From Eledone cirrhosa (lineage: Eukaryota), in contig OZ024741.1 in NCBI GenBank assembly GCA_964016885.1, positions 131,006,001-131,070,000 on the forward strand: a DNA stretch of 64,000 bases, read 5' to 3'. How positions within the stretch are numbered: the first letter of the stretch is position 1; the number at the start of each line of letters is the position of its first letter. A program made the translations under genes and the position numbers. The notes under the pieces were generated by a model, which made no database searches, was not told where the DNA came from, and saw only the letters and a list, made by a program, of their open reading frames with translations. This document shows positions 1 to 13,897 of this stretch, in pieces.

Positions 1-3000
1 GTGTAACTAGGGTTGGAAGCAGTGAACATACAACTTTACACATCATATTTGTCTGTGTAACTAGGGTTGGAAGCAGTGAACATATAACTTTACACATCAT
101 ATTTGTCTGTGCAACTAGGGTTGGAAGCAGTGAACATATAAATTTACACATCATATTTGTCTGTGTAACTAGGGTTGGAAGCAGTGAACATATAACTTTA
201 CACATCATATTTGTCTGCGTAACTCGGGTTGGAAGCGGTGAACATATAACTTTACACATCATATTTGTCTGTGGAACTAGGGTTGGAAGCGGTGAACATA
301 TAACTTTACACATCATATTTGTCTGTGTAACTAGGGTTGGAAGCAGTGAACATATAACTTTACACATCATATTTGTCTGTCTAACTAGGTTTGGAAGCGG
401 TGAACATATAACTTTACACATCATATTTGACTGTGTAACTAGGGTTGGAAGCGGTGAACATACAACTTTACACATCATATTTGTCTGTGGAACTAGGGTT
501 GGAAGCAGTGAACATAGAACTTTACACATCATATTTGTCTGTGTAACTAGGGTTGGAAGCAGTGAACATATAACTTTACACATCATATTTGTCTGTGTAA
601 CTCGGGTTGGAAGCGGTGAACATATAACTTTACACATCATATTCGTCTGTGTAACTAGGGTTGGAAGCGGTGAACATATAACTTTACACATCATATTTGT
701 CTGTGTAACTAGGGTTGGAAGCAGTGAACATATAACTTTACATATCATATTTGTCTGTGTAACTAGGGTTGGAAGCAGTGAACATATAACTTTACACATC
801 ATATTTGTCTGTGTAACTAGGGTTGGAAGCAGTGAACATATAACTTTACACATTATATTTGTCTGTGTAACTAGGGTTGGAAGCAGTGAACATATAACTT
901 TACACATCATATTTGTCTGTGTAACCAGGGTTGGAAGCACTGAACATATAACTTTACACATCATATTTGTCTATGTAACTAGGGTTGGAAGCAGTGAACA
1001 TATAACTTTACACATCATATTTGTCTGTGTAACTAGGGTTGGAAGCGGTGAACATATAACTTTACACATCATATTTGTCTGTGTAACTAGGGTTGGAAGC
1101 GGTGAACATATAACTTTACACATCATATTTGTCTGTGTAACTAGGGTTGGAAGCAGTGAACATATAACTTTACACATCATATTTGTCTGTGTAACTAGGG
1201 TTGGAAGCGGTGAACATATAACTTTACACATCATATTTGTCTGTGTAACTAGGTTTGGAAGCAGTGAACATATAACTTTACACATCATATTTGTCTGTGT
1301 AACTAGGGTTGGAAGCGGTGAACATATAACTTTACACATCATATTTGTCTGTGTAACTAGGGTTGGAAGCGGTGAACATATAACTTTACACATCATATTT
1401 GTCTGTGTAACTAGGGTTGGAAGCAGTGAACATATAACTTTACACATCATATTTGTCTGTGTAACTAGGGTTGGAAGCGGTGAACATATAACTTTACACA
1501 TCATATTTGTCTGTGTAACTAGGTTTGGAAGCAGTGAACATATAACTTTACACATCATATTTGTCTGTGTAACTAGGGTTGGAAGCAGTGAACATACAAC
1601 TTTACACAACCTATTTGTCTGTGTAACTAGGGTTAGAAACAGTGAACATATAAATTTACACATCATATTTGTCTGTGTAACTAGGGTTGGAAGCAGTGAA
1701 CATATAACTTTACACATCATATTTGACTGTGTAACTAGGGTTGGAAGCAGTGAACATATAACTTTACACATCATATTTGTCTGTGGAACTAGGGTTGGAA
1801 ACAGTGAACATATAACTTTACACATCATATTTGTCTGTGTAACTCGGGTTGGAAGCGGTGAACATATAACTTGACACATCATATTTGTCTGTGGAACTAG
1901 GGTTCGAAGCGGTGAACATATAACTTTACACATCATATTTGTCTGTGTAACTAGGGTTGGAAGCAGTGATCATATAACTTTACACATCATATTTGTCTGT
2001 GTAACTAGAGTTGGAAGCACTGAACATATAACTTTACACATCATATTTGTCTATGTAACTAGGGTTGGAAGCAGTGAACCTATAACTTTACACATCATAT
2101 TTGTCTGCGGAACTAGGGTTGGAAGCAGTGAACATATAACTTCACACATCATATTTGTCTGTGTAACTAGGGTTGGAAGCAGTGAACATATAACTTTACA
2201 CATCATATTTGTCTGTGTAACTAGGGTTGGAAGCGGTGAACATATAACTTTACACATCATATTTGTCTGTGTAACTAGGGTTGGAAGCGGTGAACATATA
2301 ACTTTACACATCATATTTGTCTTTGTAACTAGGGTTGGAAGCAGTGAACATATAACTTTACACATCATATTTGTCTGTGTAACTAGGGTTGGAAGCAGTG
2401 AACATATAACTTTACACATCATATTTGTCTGTGTAACTCGGGTTGGAAGCGGTGAACATATAACTTTACACATCATATTTGTCTGTGTAACTAGGGTTGG
2501 AAGCAGTGAACATACAACTTTACACATCATATTTGTCTGTGTAACTAGGGTTGGAAGCAGTGAACATATAACTTTACACATCATATTTGTCTGTGCAACT
2601 AGGGTTGGAAGCAGTGAACATATAAATTTACACATCATATTTGTCTGTGTAACTAGGGTTGGAAGCAGTGAACATATAACTTTACACATCATATTTGTCT
2701 GCGTAACTCGGGTTGGAAGCGGTGAACATATAACTTTACACATCATATTTGTCTGTGGAACTAGGGTTGGAAGCGGTGAACATATAACTTTACACATCAT
2801 ATTTGTCTGTGTAACTAGGGTTGGAAGCAGTGAACATATAACTTTACACATCATATTTGTCTGTCTAACTAGGTTTGGAAGCGGTGAACATATAACTTTA
2901 CACATCATATTTGACTGTGTAACTAGGGTTGGAAGCGGTGAACATACAACTTTACACATCATATTTGTCTGTGGAACTAGGGTTGGAAGCAGTGAACATA

Positions 3001-4470
3001 GAACTTTACACATCATATTTGTCTGTGTAACTAGGGTTGGAAGCAGTGAACATATAACTTTACACATCATATTTGTCTGTGTAACTCGGGTTGGAAGCGG
3101 TGAACATATAACTTTACACATCATATTCGTCTGTGTAACTAGGGTTGGAAGCGGTGAACATATAACTTTACACATCATATTTGTCTGTGTAACTAGGGTT
3201 GGAAGCAGTGAACATATAACTTTACATATCATATTTGTCTGTGTAACTAGGGTTGGAAGCAGTGAACATATAACTTTACACATCATATTTGTCTGTGTAA
3301 CTAGGGTTGGAAGCAGTGAACATATAACTTTACACATCATATTTGTCTGTGTAACTAGGGTTGGAAGCAGTGAACATATAACTTTACACATCATATTTGT
3401 CTGTGTAACCAGGGTTGGAAGCACTGAACATATAACTTTACACATCATATTTGTCTATGTAACTAGGGTTGGAAGCAGTGAACATATAACTTTACACATC
3501 ATATTTGTCTGTGTAACTAGGGTTGGAAGCGGTGAACATATAACTTTACACATCATATTTGTCTGTGTAACTAGGGTTGGAAGCGGTGAACATATAACTT
3601 TACACATCATATTTGTCTGTGTAACTAGGGTTGGAAGCAGTGAACATATAACTTTACACATCATATTTGTCTGTGTAACTAGGGTTGGAAGCGGTGAACA
3701 TATAACTTTACACATCATATTTGTCTGTGTAACTAGGTTTGGAAGCAGTGAACATATAACTTTACACATCATATTTGTCTGTGTAACTAGGGTTGGAAGC
3801 AGTGAACATACAACTTTACACAACCTATTTGTCTGTGTAACTAGGGTTAGAAACAGTGAACATATAAATTTACACATCATATTTGTCTGTGTAACTAGGG
3901 TTGGAAGCAGTGAACATATAACTTTACACATCATATTTGACTGTGTAACTAGGGTTGGAAGCAGTGAACATATAACTTTACACATCATATTTGTCTGTGG
4001 AACTAGGGTTGGAAGCAGTGAACATATAACTTTACACATCATATTTGTCTGTGTAACTCGGGTTGGAAGCGGTGAACATATAACTTGACACATCATATTT
4101 GTCTGTGGAACTAGGGTTCGAAGCGGTGAACATATAACTTTACACATCATATTTGTCTGTGTAACTAGGGTTGGAAGCAGTGATCATATAACTTTACACA
4201 TCATATTTGTCTGTGTAACTAGAGTTGGAAGCACTGAACATATAACTTTACACATCATATTTGTCTATGTAACTAGGGTTGGAAGCAGTGAACCTATAAC
4301 TTTACACATCATATTTGTCTGCGGAACTAGGGTTGGAAGCAGTGAACATATAACTTCACACATCATATTTGTCTGTGTAACTAGGGTTGGAAGCAGTGAA
4401 CATATAACTTTACACATCATATTTGTCTGTGTAACTAGGGTTGGAAGCGGTGAACATATAACTTTACACA
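1..4470. repeat. Higher-order duplication, offset 46 monomers (2484 bp) then 41 monomers (2214 bp)
   Basis: The variant string of 1-1260 recurs at 2485-3744 (ORF ends 971 vs 3455). After an extra 5-monomer block in the first copy the offset becomes 2214 (1936 vs 4150). Boundaries are approximate. Confidence 0.85.
995..1534. repeat. Local 5-monomer (270 bp) tandem duplication
   Basis: The A/G pattern G,G,A,G followed by an AGGTTT monomer occurs twice in a row (AGGTTT at 1251 and 1521). The sister copy at ~3480-3750 has it once. Confidence 0.85.
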
Positions 4471-5184
4471 TCACATTTGTCTGTGTAACTAGGGTTGGAA
4501 GCAGTGAACATATAATTTTACACATCATATTTGTCTGCGTAACTCGGGTTGGAAGCGGTGAACATATAACTTTACACATCATATTTGTCTGTGTAACTAG
4601 GGTTGGAAGCAGTGAACATAGAACTTTACACGTCATATTTGTCTGTGTAACTAGGGTTGGAAGCAGTGAACATATAACTTCACACATCATAATTGTCTGT
4701 GTAACTAGGGTTGGAAGCGGTGAACATATAACTTTACACATCATATTTGTCTGTGGAACTAGGGTTCGAAGCGGTGAACATATAACTTTACACATCATAT
4801 TTGTCTGTGTAACTAGGGTTGGAAGCGGTGAACATATAACTTTACACATCATAGTTGTCTGTGTAACTAGAGTTGGAAGCAGTGAACATATAACTTTACA
4901 CATCATATATGTCTGTGTAACTAGGGTTGGAAGCGGTGCACATATAACTTTACACATCATATTTGTCTGTGTAACTAGGGTTGGAAGCAGTGAACATATA
5001 ACTTTACACATCATATTTGTCTGTGTAACTAGGGTTGGAAGCAGTGAATATATAACTTTGCACATCATATTTGTCTGTGTAACTAGGGTTGGAAGCAGTG
5101 AACATATAACTTTACACATCATATTTGTCTGTGTAACTAGGATTGGAAGCGGTGAATATATAACTTCACACATCATATTTGTCT

Positions 5185-5237
5185 GTGTAACTAGGTTGGA
5201 AGCAGTGAACATATAACTTCACACATCATATTTGTCT
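5185..5237. other. 53-bp monomer (one G deleted from GGG); also at 20364, 22307, 25168, 30513
   Basis: CTAGGTTGG replaces CTAGGGTTGG at 5191, and the array phase shifts by -1 after each occurrence. Confidence 0.95.
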
Positions 5238-6084
5238 GTATAACTAGGGTTGGAAGCGGTGAACATATAACTTTACACATCATATTTGTCTGTGTAACTA
5301 GGGTTGGAAGCAGTGAACATATAACTTTACACATCATATTTGTCTGAGTAACTAGGGTTGGAAGCAGTGAACATATAACTTTACACATCATATTTGTCTG
5401 TGTAACTAGGGTTGGAAGCGGTGAACATATAACTTTACACATCATATTTGTCTGTGTAACTAGGGTTGGAAGCCGTGAACATATAATTTAACACATCATA
5501 TTTGTCTGTGTAACTAGGGTTGGAAGCGGTGAACATATAACTTTGCACATCATATTTGTCTGTGTAACTAGGGTTGGAAGCAGTGAACATATAACTTTAC
5601 AAATCATATTTGTCTGTGTAACTAGGGTTGGAAGCAGTGAACACACAACTTTACACATCATATTTGTCTATGTAACTAGGGTTGGAAGCAGTGAACATAT
5701 AACTTTACACATCATATTTGTCTGTGTAACTAGGGTTGGAAGCGGTGAACATATAACTTTACATATCATATTTGTCTGTGTAACTAGGGTTGGAAGCGGT
5801 GAACATATAACTTTACACATCATATTTGTCTGTGTAACTAGGGTTGGAAGCAGTGAACATATAACTTTACACATCATATTTGTCTGTGTAACTAGGGTTG
5901 GAAGCGGTGAACATATAATTTTACACATCATATTTGTCTGTGTAACTAGGTTTGGAAGCAGTGAACATATAACGTTACACATCATATTTGTCTGTGTAAC
6001 TAGGGTTGGAAGCAGTGAACATACAACTTTACACAACCTATTTGTCTGTGTAACTTGGGTTGGATACAGTGAACATATAAATTT

Positions 6085-9000
6085 ACACATCATATTTGTC
6101 TGTGTAACTAGGGTTGGAAGCAGTGAACATATAACTTTACACATCATATTTGTCTGTGTAACTAGGGTTGCAAGCGGTGAACATATAACTTTACACATCA
6201 TATTTGTCTCTCTAACTAGGTTTGAAAGCAGTGAACATATAAATTTACACATCATATTTGTCTGTGTAACTAGGGTTGGAAGCAGTGAACATATAACTTT
6301 ACACATCATATTTGTCTGTGTAACTAGGGTTGGAAGCAGTGAACATATAACTTTACACATCATATTTGTCTGACTAACTAGGTTTGGAAGCGGTGAACAT
6401 ATAACTTTACACATCATATTTGACTGTGTAACTAGGGTTGGAAGCGGTGAACATACAACTTTACACATCATATTTGTCTGTGGAACTAGGGTTGGAAGCA
6501 GTGAACATATAACTTTACACATCATATTTGTCTATGTAACTAGGGTTGGAAGCAGTGAACATATAACTTTACACATCATATTTGTCTGTGTAACTCGGGT
6601 TGGAAGCGGTGAACATATAACTTGACACATCATATTTGTCTGTGGAACTAGGGTTCGAAGCGGTGAACATATAACTTTACACATCATATTTGTCTGTGTA
6701 ACTAGGGTTGGAAGCAGTGAACATATAACTTTACACATCATATTTGTCTGTGTAACTAGGGTTGGAAGCGGTGAACATATAACTTTACACCTCATATTTG
6801 TCTGTGTAACTAGGGTTGGAAGCAGTGAACATATAACTTTACACATCATATTTGTCTGTGTAACTAGGGTTGGAAGCGGTGAACATATAACTTTACACAT
6901 CATATTTGTCTGTGTAACTAGGGTTGGAAGCGGTGAACATATAACTTTACACATCATATTTGTCTTTGTAACTAGGGTTGGAAGCAGTGAACATATAACT
7001 TTACACATCATATTTGTCTGTGTAACTAGGGTTGGAAGCAGTGAACATATAACTTTACACATCATATTTGTCTGTGTAACTCGGGTTGGAAGCGGTGAAC
7101 ATATAACTTTACACATCATATTTGTCTGTGTAACTAGGGTTGGAAGCAGTGAACATACAACTTTACACATCATATTTGTCTGTGTAACTAGGGTTGGAAG
7201 CAGTGAACATATAACTTTACACATCATATTTGTCTGTGCAACTAGGGTTGGAAGCAGTGAACATATAAATTTACACATCATATTTGTCTGTGTAACTAGG
7301 GTTGGAAGCAGTGAACATATAACTTTACACATCATATTTGTCTGCGTAACTCGGGTTGGAAGCGGTGAACATATAACTTTACACATCATATTTGTCTGTG
7401 GAACTAGGGTTGGAAGCGGTGAACATATAACTTTACACATCATATTTGTCTGTGTAACTAGGGTTGGAAGCAGTGAACATATAACTTTACACATCATATT
7501 TGTCTGTCTAACTAGGTTTGGAAGCGGTGAACATATAACTTTACACATCATATTTGACTGTGTAACTAGGGTTGGAAGCGGTGAACATACAACTTTACAC
7601 ATCATATTTGTCTGTGGAACTAGGGTTGGAAGCAGTGAACATAGAACTTTACACACCATATTTGTCTGTGTAACTAGGGTTGGAAGCAGTGAACATATAA
7701 CTTTACACATCATATTTGTCTGTGTAACTCGGGTTGGAAGCGGTGAACATATAACTTTACACATCATATTCGTCTGTGTAACTAGGGTTGGAAGCGGTGA
7801 ACATATAACTTTACACATCATATTTGTCTGTGTAACTAGGGTTGGAAGCAGTGAACATATAACTTTACATATCATATTTGTCTGTGTAACTAGGGTTGGA
7901 AGCAGTGAACATATAACTTTACACATCATATTTGTCTGTGTAACTAGGGTTGGAAGCAGTGAACATATAACTTTACACATCATATTTGTCTGTGTAACTA
8001 GGGTTGGAAGCAGTGAACATATAACTTTACACATCATATTTGTCTGTGTAACCAGGGTTGGAAGCACTGAACATATAACTTTACACATCATATTTGTCTG
8101 TGTAACTAGGGTTGGAAGCGGTGAACATATAACTTTACACATCATATTTGTCTGTGTAACTAGGGTTGGAAGCACTGAACATATAACTTTACACATCATA
8201 TTTGTCTATGTAACTAGGGTTGGAAGCAGTGAACATATAACTTTACACATCATATTTGTCTGTGTAACTAGGGTTGGAAGCGGTGAACATATAACTTTAC
8301 ACATCATATTTGTCTGTGTAACTAGGGTTGGAAGCGGTGAACATATAACTTTACACATCATATTTGTATGTGTAACTAGGGTTGGAAGCAGTGAACATAT
8401 AACTTTACACATCATATTTGTCTGTGTAACTAGGGTTGGAAGCAGTGAACATATAACTTTACACATCATATTTGTCTGTGTAACTAGAGTTGGAAGCACT
8501 GAACATATAACTTTACACATCATATTTGTCTATGTAACTAGGGTTGGAAGCAGTGAACCTATAACTTTACACATCATATTTGTCTGCGGAACTAGGGTTG
8601 GAAGCAGTGAACATATAACTTCACACATCATATTTGTCTGTGTAACTAGGGTTGGAAGCAGTGAACATATAACTTTACACATCATATTTGTCTGTGTAAC
8701 TAGGGTTGGAAGCGGTGAACATATAACTTTACACATCACATTTGTCTGTGTAACTAGGGTTGGAAGCAGTGAACATATAATTTTACACATCATATTTGTC
8801 TGCGTAACTCGGGTTGGAAGCGGTGAACATATAACTTTACACATCATATTTGTCTGTGTAACTAGGGTTGGAAGCAGTGAACATAGAACTTTACACGTCA
8901 TATTTGTCTGTGTAACTAGGGTTGGAAGCAGTGAACATATAACTTCACACATCATAATTGTCTGTGTAACTAGGGTTGGAAGCGGTGAACATATAACTTT

Positions 9001-12000
9001 ACACATCATATTTGTCTGTGTAACTAGGGTTGGAAGCAGTGAACATATAACTTTACACATCATATTTGTCTGTGTAACTAGGGTTGGAAGCGGTGAACAT
9101 ATAACTTTACACCTCATATTTGTCTGTGTAACTAGGGTTGGAAGCAGTGAACATATAACTTTACACATCATATTTGTCTGTGTAACTAGGGTTGGAAGCA
9201 GTGAACATATAACTTTACACATCATATTTGTCTGTGTAACTAGGGTTGCAAGCGGTGAACATATAACTTTACACATCATATTTGTCTCTCTAACTAGGTT
9301 TGAAAGCAGTGAACATATAAATTTACACATCATATTTGTCTGTGTAACTAGGGTTGGAAGCAGTGAACATATAACTTTACACATCATATTTGTCTGTGTA
9401 ACTAGGGTTGGAAGCAGTGAACATATAACTTTACACATCATATTTGTCTGACTAACTAGGTTTGGAAGCGGTGAACATATAACTTTACACATCATATTTG
9501 ACTGTGTAACTAGGGTTGGAAGCGGTGAACATACAACTTTACACATCATATTTGTCTGTGGAACTAGGGTTGGAAGCAGTGAACATATAACTTTACACAT
9601 CATATTTGTCTATGTAACTAGGGTTGGAAGCAGTGAACATATAACTTTACACATCATATTTGTCTGTGTAACTCGGGTTGGAAGCGGTGAACATATAACT
9701 TGACACATCATATTTGTCTGTGGAACTAGGGTTCGAAGCGGTGAACATATAACTTTACACATCATATTTGTCTGTGTAACTAGGGTTGGAAGCAGTGAAC
9801 ATATAACTTTACACATCATATTTGTCTGTGTAACTAGGGTTGGAAGCGGTGAACATATAACTTTACACCTCATATTTGTCTGTGTAACTAGGGTTGGAAG
9901 CAGTGAACATATAACTTTACACATCATATTTGTCTGTGTAACTAGGGTTGGAAGCGGTGAACATATAACTTTACACATCATATTTGTCTGTGTAACTAGG
10001 GTTGGAAGCGGTGAACATATAACTTTACACATCATATTTGTCTTTGTAACTAGGGTTGGAAGCAGTGAACATATAACTTTACACATCATATTTGTCTGTG
10101 TAACTAGGGTTGGAAGCAGTGAACATATAACTTTACACATCATATTTGTCTGTGTAACTCGGGTTGGAAGCGGTGAACATATAACTTTACACATCATATT
10201 TGTCTGTGTAACTAGGGTTGGAAGCAGTGAACATACAACTTTACACATCATATTTGTCTGTGTAACTAGGGTTGGAAGCAGTGAACATATAACTTTACAC
10301 ATCATATTTGTCTGTGCAACTAGGGTTGGAAGCAGTGAACATATAAATTTACACATCATATTTGTCTGTGTAACTAGGGTTGGAAGCAGTGAACATATAA
10401 CTTTACACATCATATTTGTCTGCGTAACTCGGGTTGGAAGCGGTGAACATATAACTTTACACATCATATTTGTCTGTGGAACTAGGGTTGGAAGCGGTGA
10501 ACATATAACTTTACACATCATATTTGTCTGTGTAACTAGGGTTGGAAGCAGTGAACATATAACTTTACACATCATATTTGTCTGTCTAACTAGGTTTGGA
10601 AGCGGTGAACATATAACTTTACACATCATATTTGACTGTGTAACTAGGGTTGGAAGCGGTGAACATACAACTTTACACATCATATTTGTCTGTGGAACTA
10701 GGGTTGGAATCAGTGAACATAGAACTTTACACACCATATTTGTCTGTGTAACTAGGGTTGGAAGCAGTGAACATATAACTTTACACATCATATTTGTCTG
10801 TGTAACTCGGGTTGGAAGCGGTGAACATATAACTTTACACATCATATTCGTCTGTGTAACTAGGGTTGGAAGCGGTGAACATATAACTTTACACATCATA
10901 TTTGTCTGTGTAACTAGGGTTGGAAGCAGTGAACATATAACTTTACATATCATATTTGTCTGTGTAACTAGGGTTGGAAGCAGTGAACATATAACTTTAC
11001 ACATCATATTTGTCTGTGTAACTAGGGTTGGAAGCAGTGAACATATAACTTTACACATCATATTTGTCTGTGTAACTAGGGTTGGAAGCAGTGAACATAT
11101 AACTTTACACATCATATTTGTCTGTGTAACCAGGGTTGGAAGCACTGAACATATAACTTTACACATCATATTTGTCTGTGTAACTAGGGTTGGAAGCGGT
11201 GAACATATAACTTTACACATCATATTTGTCTGTGTAACTAGGGTTGGAAGCACTGAACATATAACTTTACACATCATATTTGTCTATGTAACTAGGGTTG
11301 GAAGCAGTGAACATATAACTTTACACATCATATTTGTCTGTGTAACTAGGGTTGGAAGCGGTGAACATATAACTTTACACATCATATTTGTCTGTGTAAC
11401 TAGGGTTGGAAGCGGTGAACATATAACTTTACACATCATATTTGTATGTGTAACTAGGGTTGGAAGCAGTGAACATATAACTTTACACATCATATTTGTC
11501 TGTGTAACTAGGGTTGGAAGCAGTGAACATATAACTTTACACATCATATTTGTCTGTGTAACTAGAGTTGGAAGCACTGAACATATAACTTTACACATCA
11601 TATTTGTCTATGTAACTAGGGTTGGAAGCAGTGAACCTATAACTTTACACATCATATTTGTCTGCGGAACTAGGGTTGGAAGCAGTGAACATATAACTTC
11701 ACACATCATATTTGTCTGTGTAACTAGGGTTGGAAGCAGTGAACATATAACTTTACACATCATATTTGTCTGTGTAACTAGGGTTGGAAGCGGTGAACAT
11801 ATAACTTTACACATCACATTTGTCTGTGTAACTAGGGTTGGAAGCAGTGAACATATAATTTTACACATCATATTTGTCTGCGTAACTCGGGTTGGAAGCG
11901 GTGAACATATAACTTTACACATCATATTTGTCTGTGTAACTAGGGTTGGAAGCAGTTAACATAGAACTTTACACGTCATATTTGTCTGTGTAACTAGGGT

Positions 12001-12061
12001 TGGAAGCAGTGAACATATAACTTCACACATCATAATTGTCTGTGTAACTAGGGTTGGAAGC
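6085..12061. repeat. 57-monomer (3078 bp) higher-order duplication
   Basis: GGTTGCAAG marker at 6171 and 9249. ORF boundaries 6532/9610, 8206/11284 and 8530/11608 all differ by 3078 = 57x54. The copies differ at few sites, e.g. GGAAT at 10710 and GTTAAC at 11955. Confidence 0.9.
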
Positions 12062-13897
12062 AGTGAACATTCAACTTTACACATCATATTTGTCTGTGTA
12101 ACTAGGGTTGGAAGCAGTGAACATATAACTTTACACATCATATTTGTCTGTGCAACTAGGGTTGGAAGCAGTGAACATATAAATTTACACATCATATTTG
12201 TCTGTGTAACTAGGGTTGGAAGCAGTGAACATATAACTTTACACATCATATTTGTCTGCGTAACTCGGGTTGGAAGCGGTGAACATATAACTTTACACAT
12301 CATATTTGTCTGTGGAACTAGGGTTGGAAGCGGTGAACATATAACTTTACACATCATATTTGTCTGTGTAACTAGGGTTGGAAGCAGTGAACATATAACT
12401 TTACACATCATATTTGTCTGTCTAACTAGGTTTGGAAGCGGTGAACATATAACTTTACACATCATATTTGACTGTGTAACTAGGGTTGGAAGCGGTGAAC
12501 ATACAACTTTACACATCATATTTGTCTGTGGAACTAGGGTTGGAATCAGTGAACATAGAACTTTACACACCATATTTGTCTGTGTAACTAGGGTTGGAAG
12601 CAGTGAACATATAACTTTACACATCATATTTGTCTGTGTAACTCGGGTTGGAAGCGGTGAACATATAACTTTACACATCATATTCGTCTGTGTAACTAGG
12701 GTTGGAAGCGGTGAACATATAACTTTACACATCATATTTGTCTCTGTAACTAGGGTTGGAAGCAGTGAACATATAACTTTACATATCATATTTGTCTGTG
12801 TAACTAGGGTTGGAAGCAGTGAACATATAACTTTACACATCATATTTGTCTGTGTAACTAGGGTTGGAAGCAGTGAACATATAACTTTACACATCATATT
12901 TGTCTGTGTAACTAGGGTTGGAAGCAGTGAACATATAACTTTACACATCATATTTGTCTGTGTAACCAGGGTTGGAAGCACTGAACATATAACTTTACAC
13001 ATCATATTTGTCTGTGTAACTAGGGTTGGAAGCGGTGAACATATAACTTTACACATCATATTTGTCTGTGTAACTAGGGTTGGAAGCACTGAACATATAA
13101 CTTTACACATCATATTTGTCTATGTAACTAGGGTTGGAAGCAGTGAACATATAACTTTACACATCATATTTGTCTGTGTAACTAGGGTTGGAAGCGGTGA
13201 ACATATAACTTTACACATCATATTTGTCTGTGTAACTAGGGTTGGAAGCGGTGAACATATAACTTTACACATCATATTTGTATGTGTAACTAGGGTTGGA
13301 AGCAGTGAACATATAACTTTACACATCATATTTGTCTGTGTAACTAGGGTTGGAAGCAGTGAACATATAACTTTACACATCATATTTGTCTGTGTAACTA
13401 GAGTTGGAAGCACTGAACATATAACTTTACACATCATATTTGTCTATGTAACTAGGGTTGGAAGCAGTGAACCTATAACTTTACACATCATATTTGTCTG
13501 CGGAACTAGGGTTGGAAGCAGTGAACATATAACTTCACACATCATATTTGTCTGTGTAACTAGGGTTGGAAGCAGTGAACATATAACTTTACACATCATA
13601 TTTGTCTGTGTAACTAGGGTTGGAAGCGGTGAACATATAACTTTACACATCACATTTGTCTGTGTAACTAGGGTTGGAAGCAGTGAACATATAATTTTAC
13701 ACATCATATTTGTCTGCGTAACTCGGGTTGGAAGCGGTGAACATATAACTTTACACATCATATTTGTCTGTGTAACTAGGGTTGGAAGCAGTGAACATAG
13801 AACTTTACACGTCATATTTGTCTGTGTAACTAGGGTTGGAAGCAGTGAACATATAACTTCACACATCATAATTGTCTGTGTAACTAGGGTTGGAAGC
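10200..13897. repeat. 34-monomer (1836 bp) higher-order duplication overlapping the 57-mer
   Basis: ORF boundaries 11277/13113, 11284/13120 and 11608/13444 differ by 1836 = 34x54. The private GGAATCAG variant is shared at 10710 and 12546. Confidence 0.88.

Noticed and set aside
10-22. G-quadruplex potential from GGGTTGG(AAGCGG)
   Set aside because: Only one GGG tract per 54 bp, so canonical four-tract motifs would need ~50-nt loops.
28-36. TATA-like ATATAA in each monomer as a promoter
   Set aside because: A short AT-rich match with no downstream gene or other supporting element.
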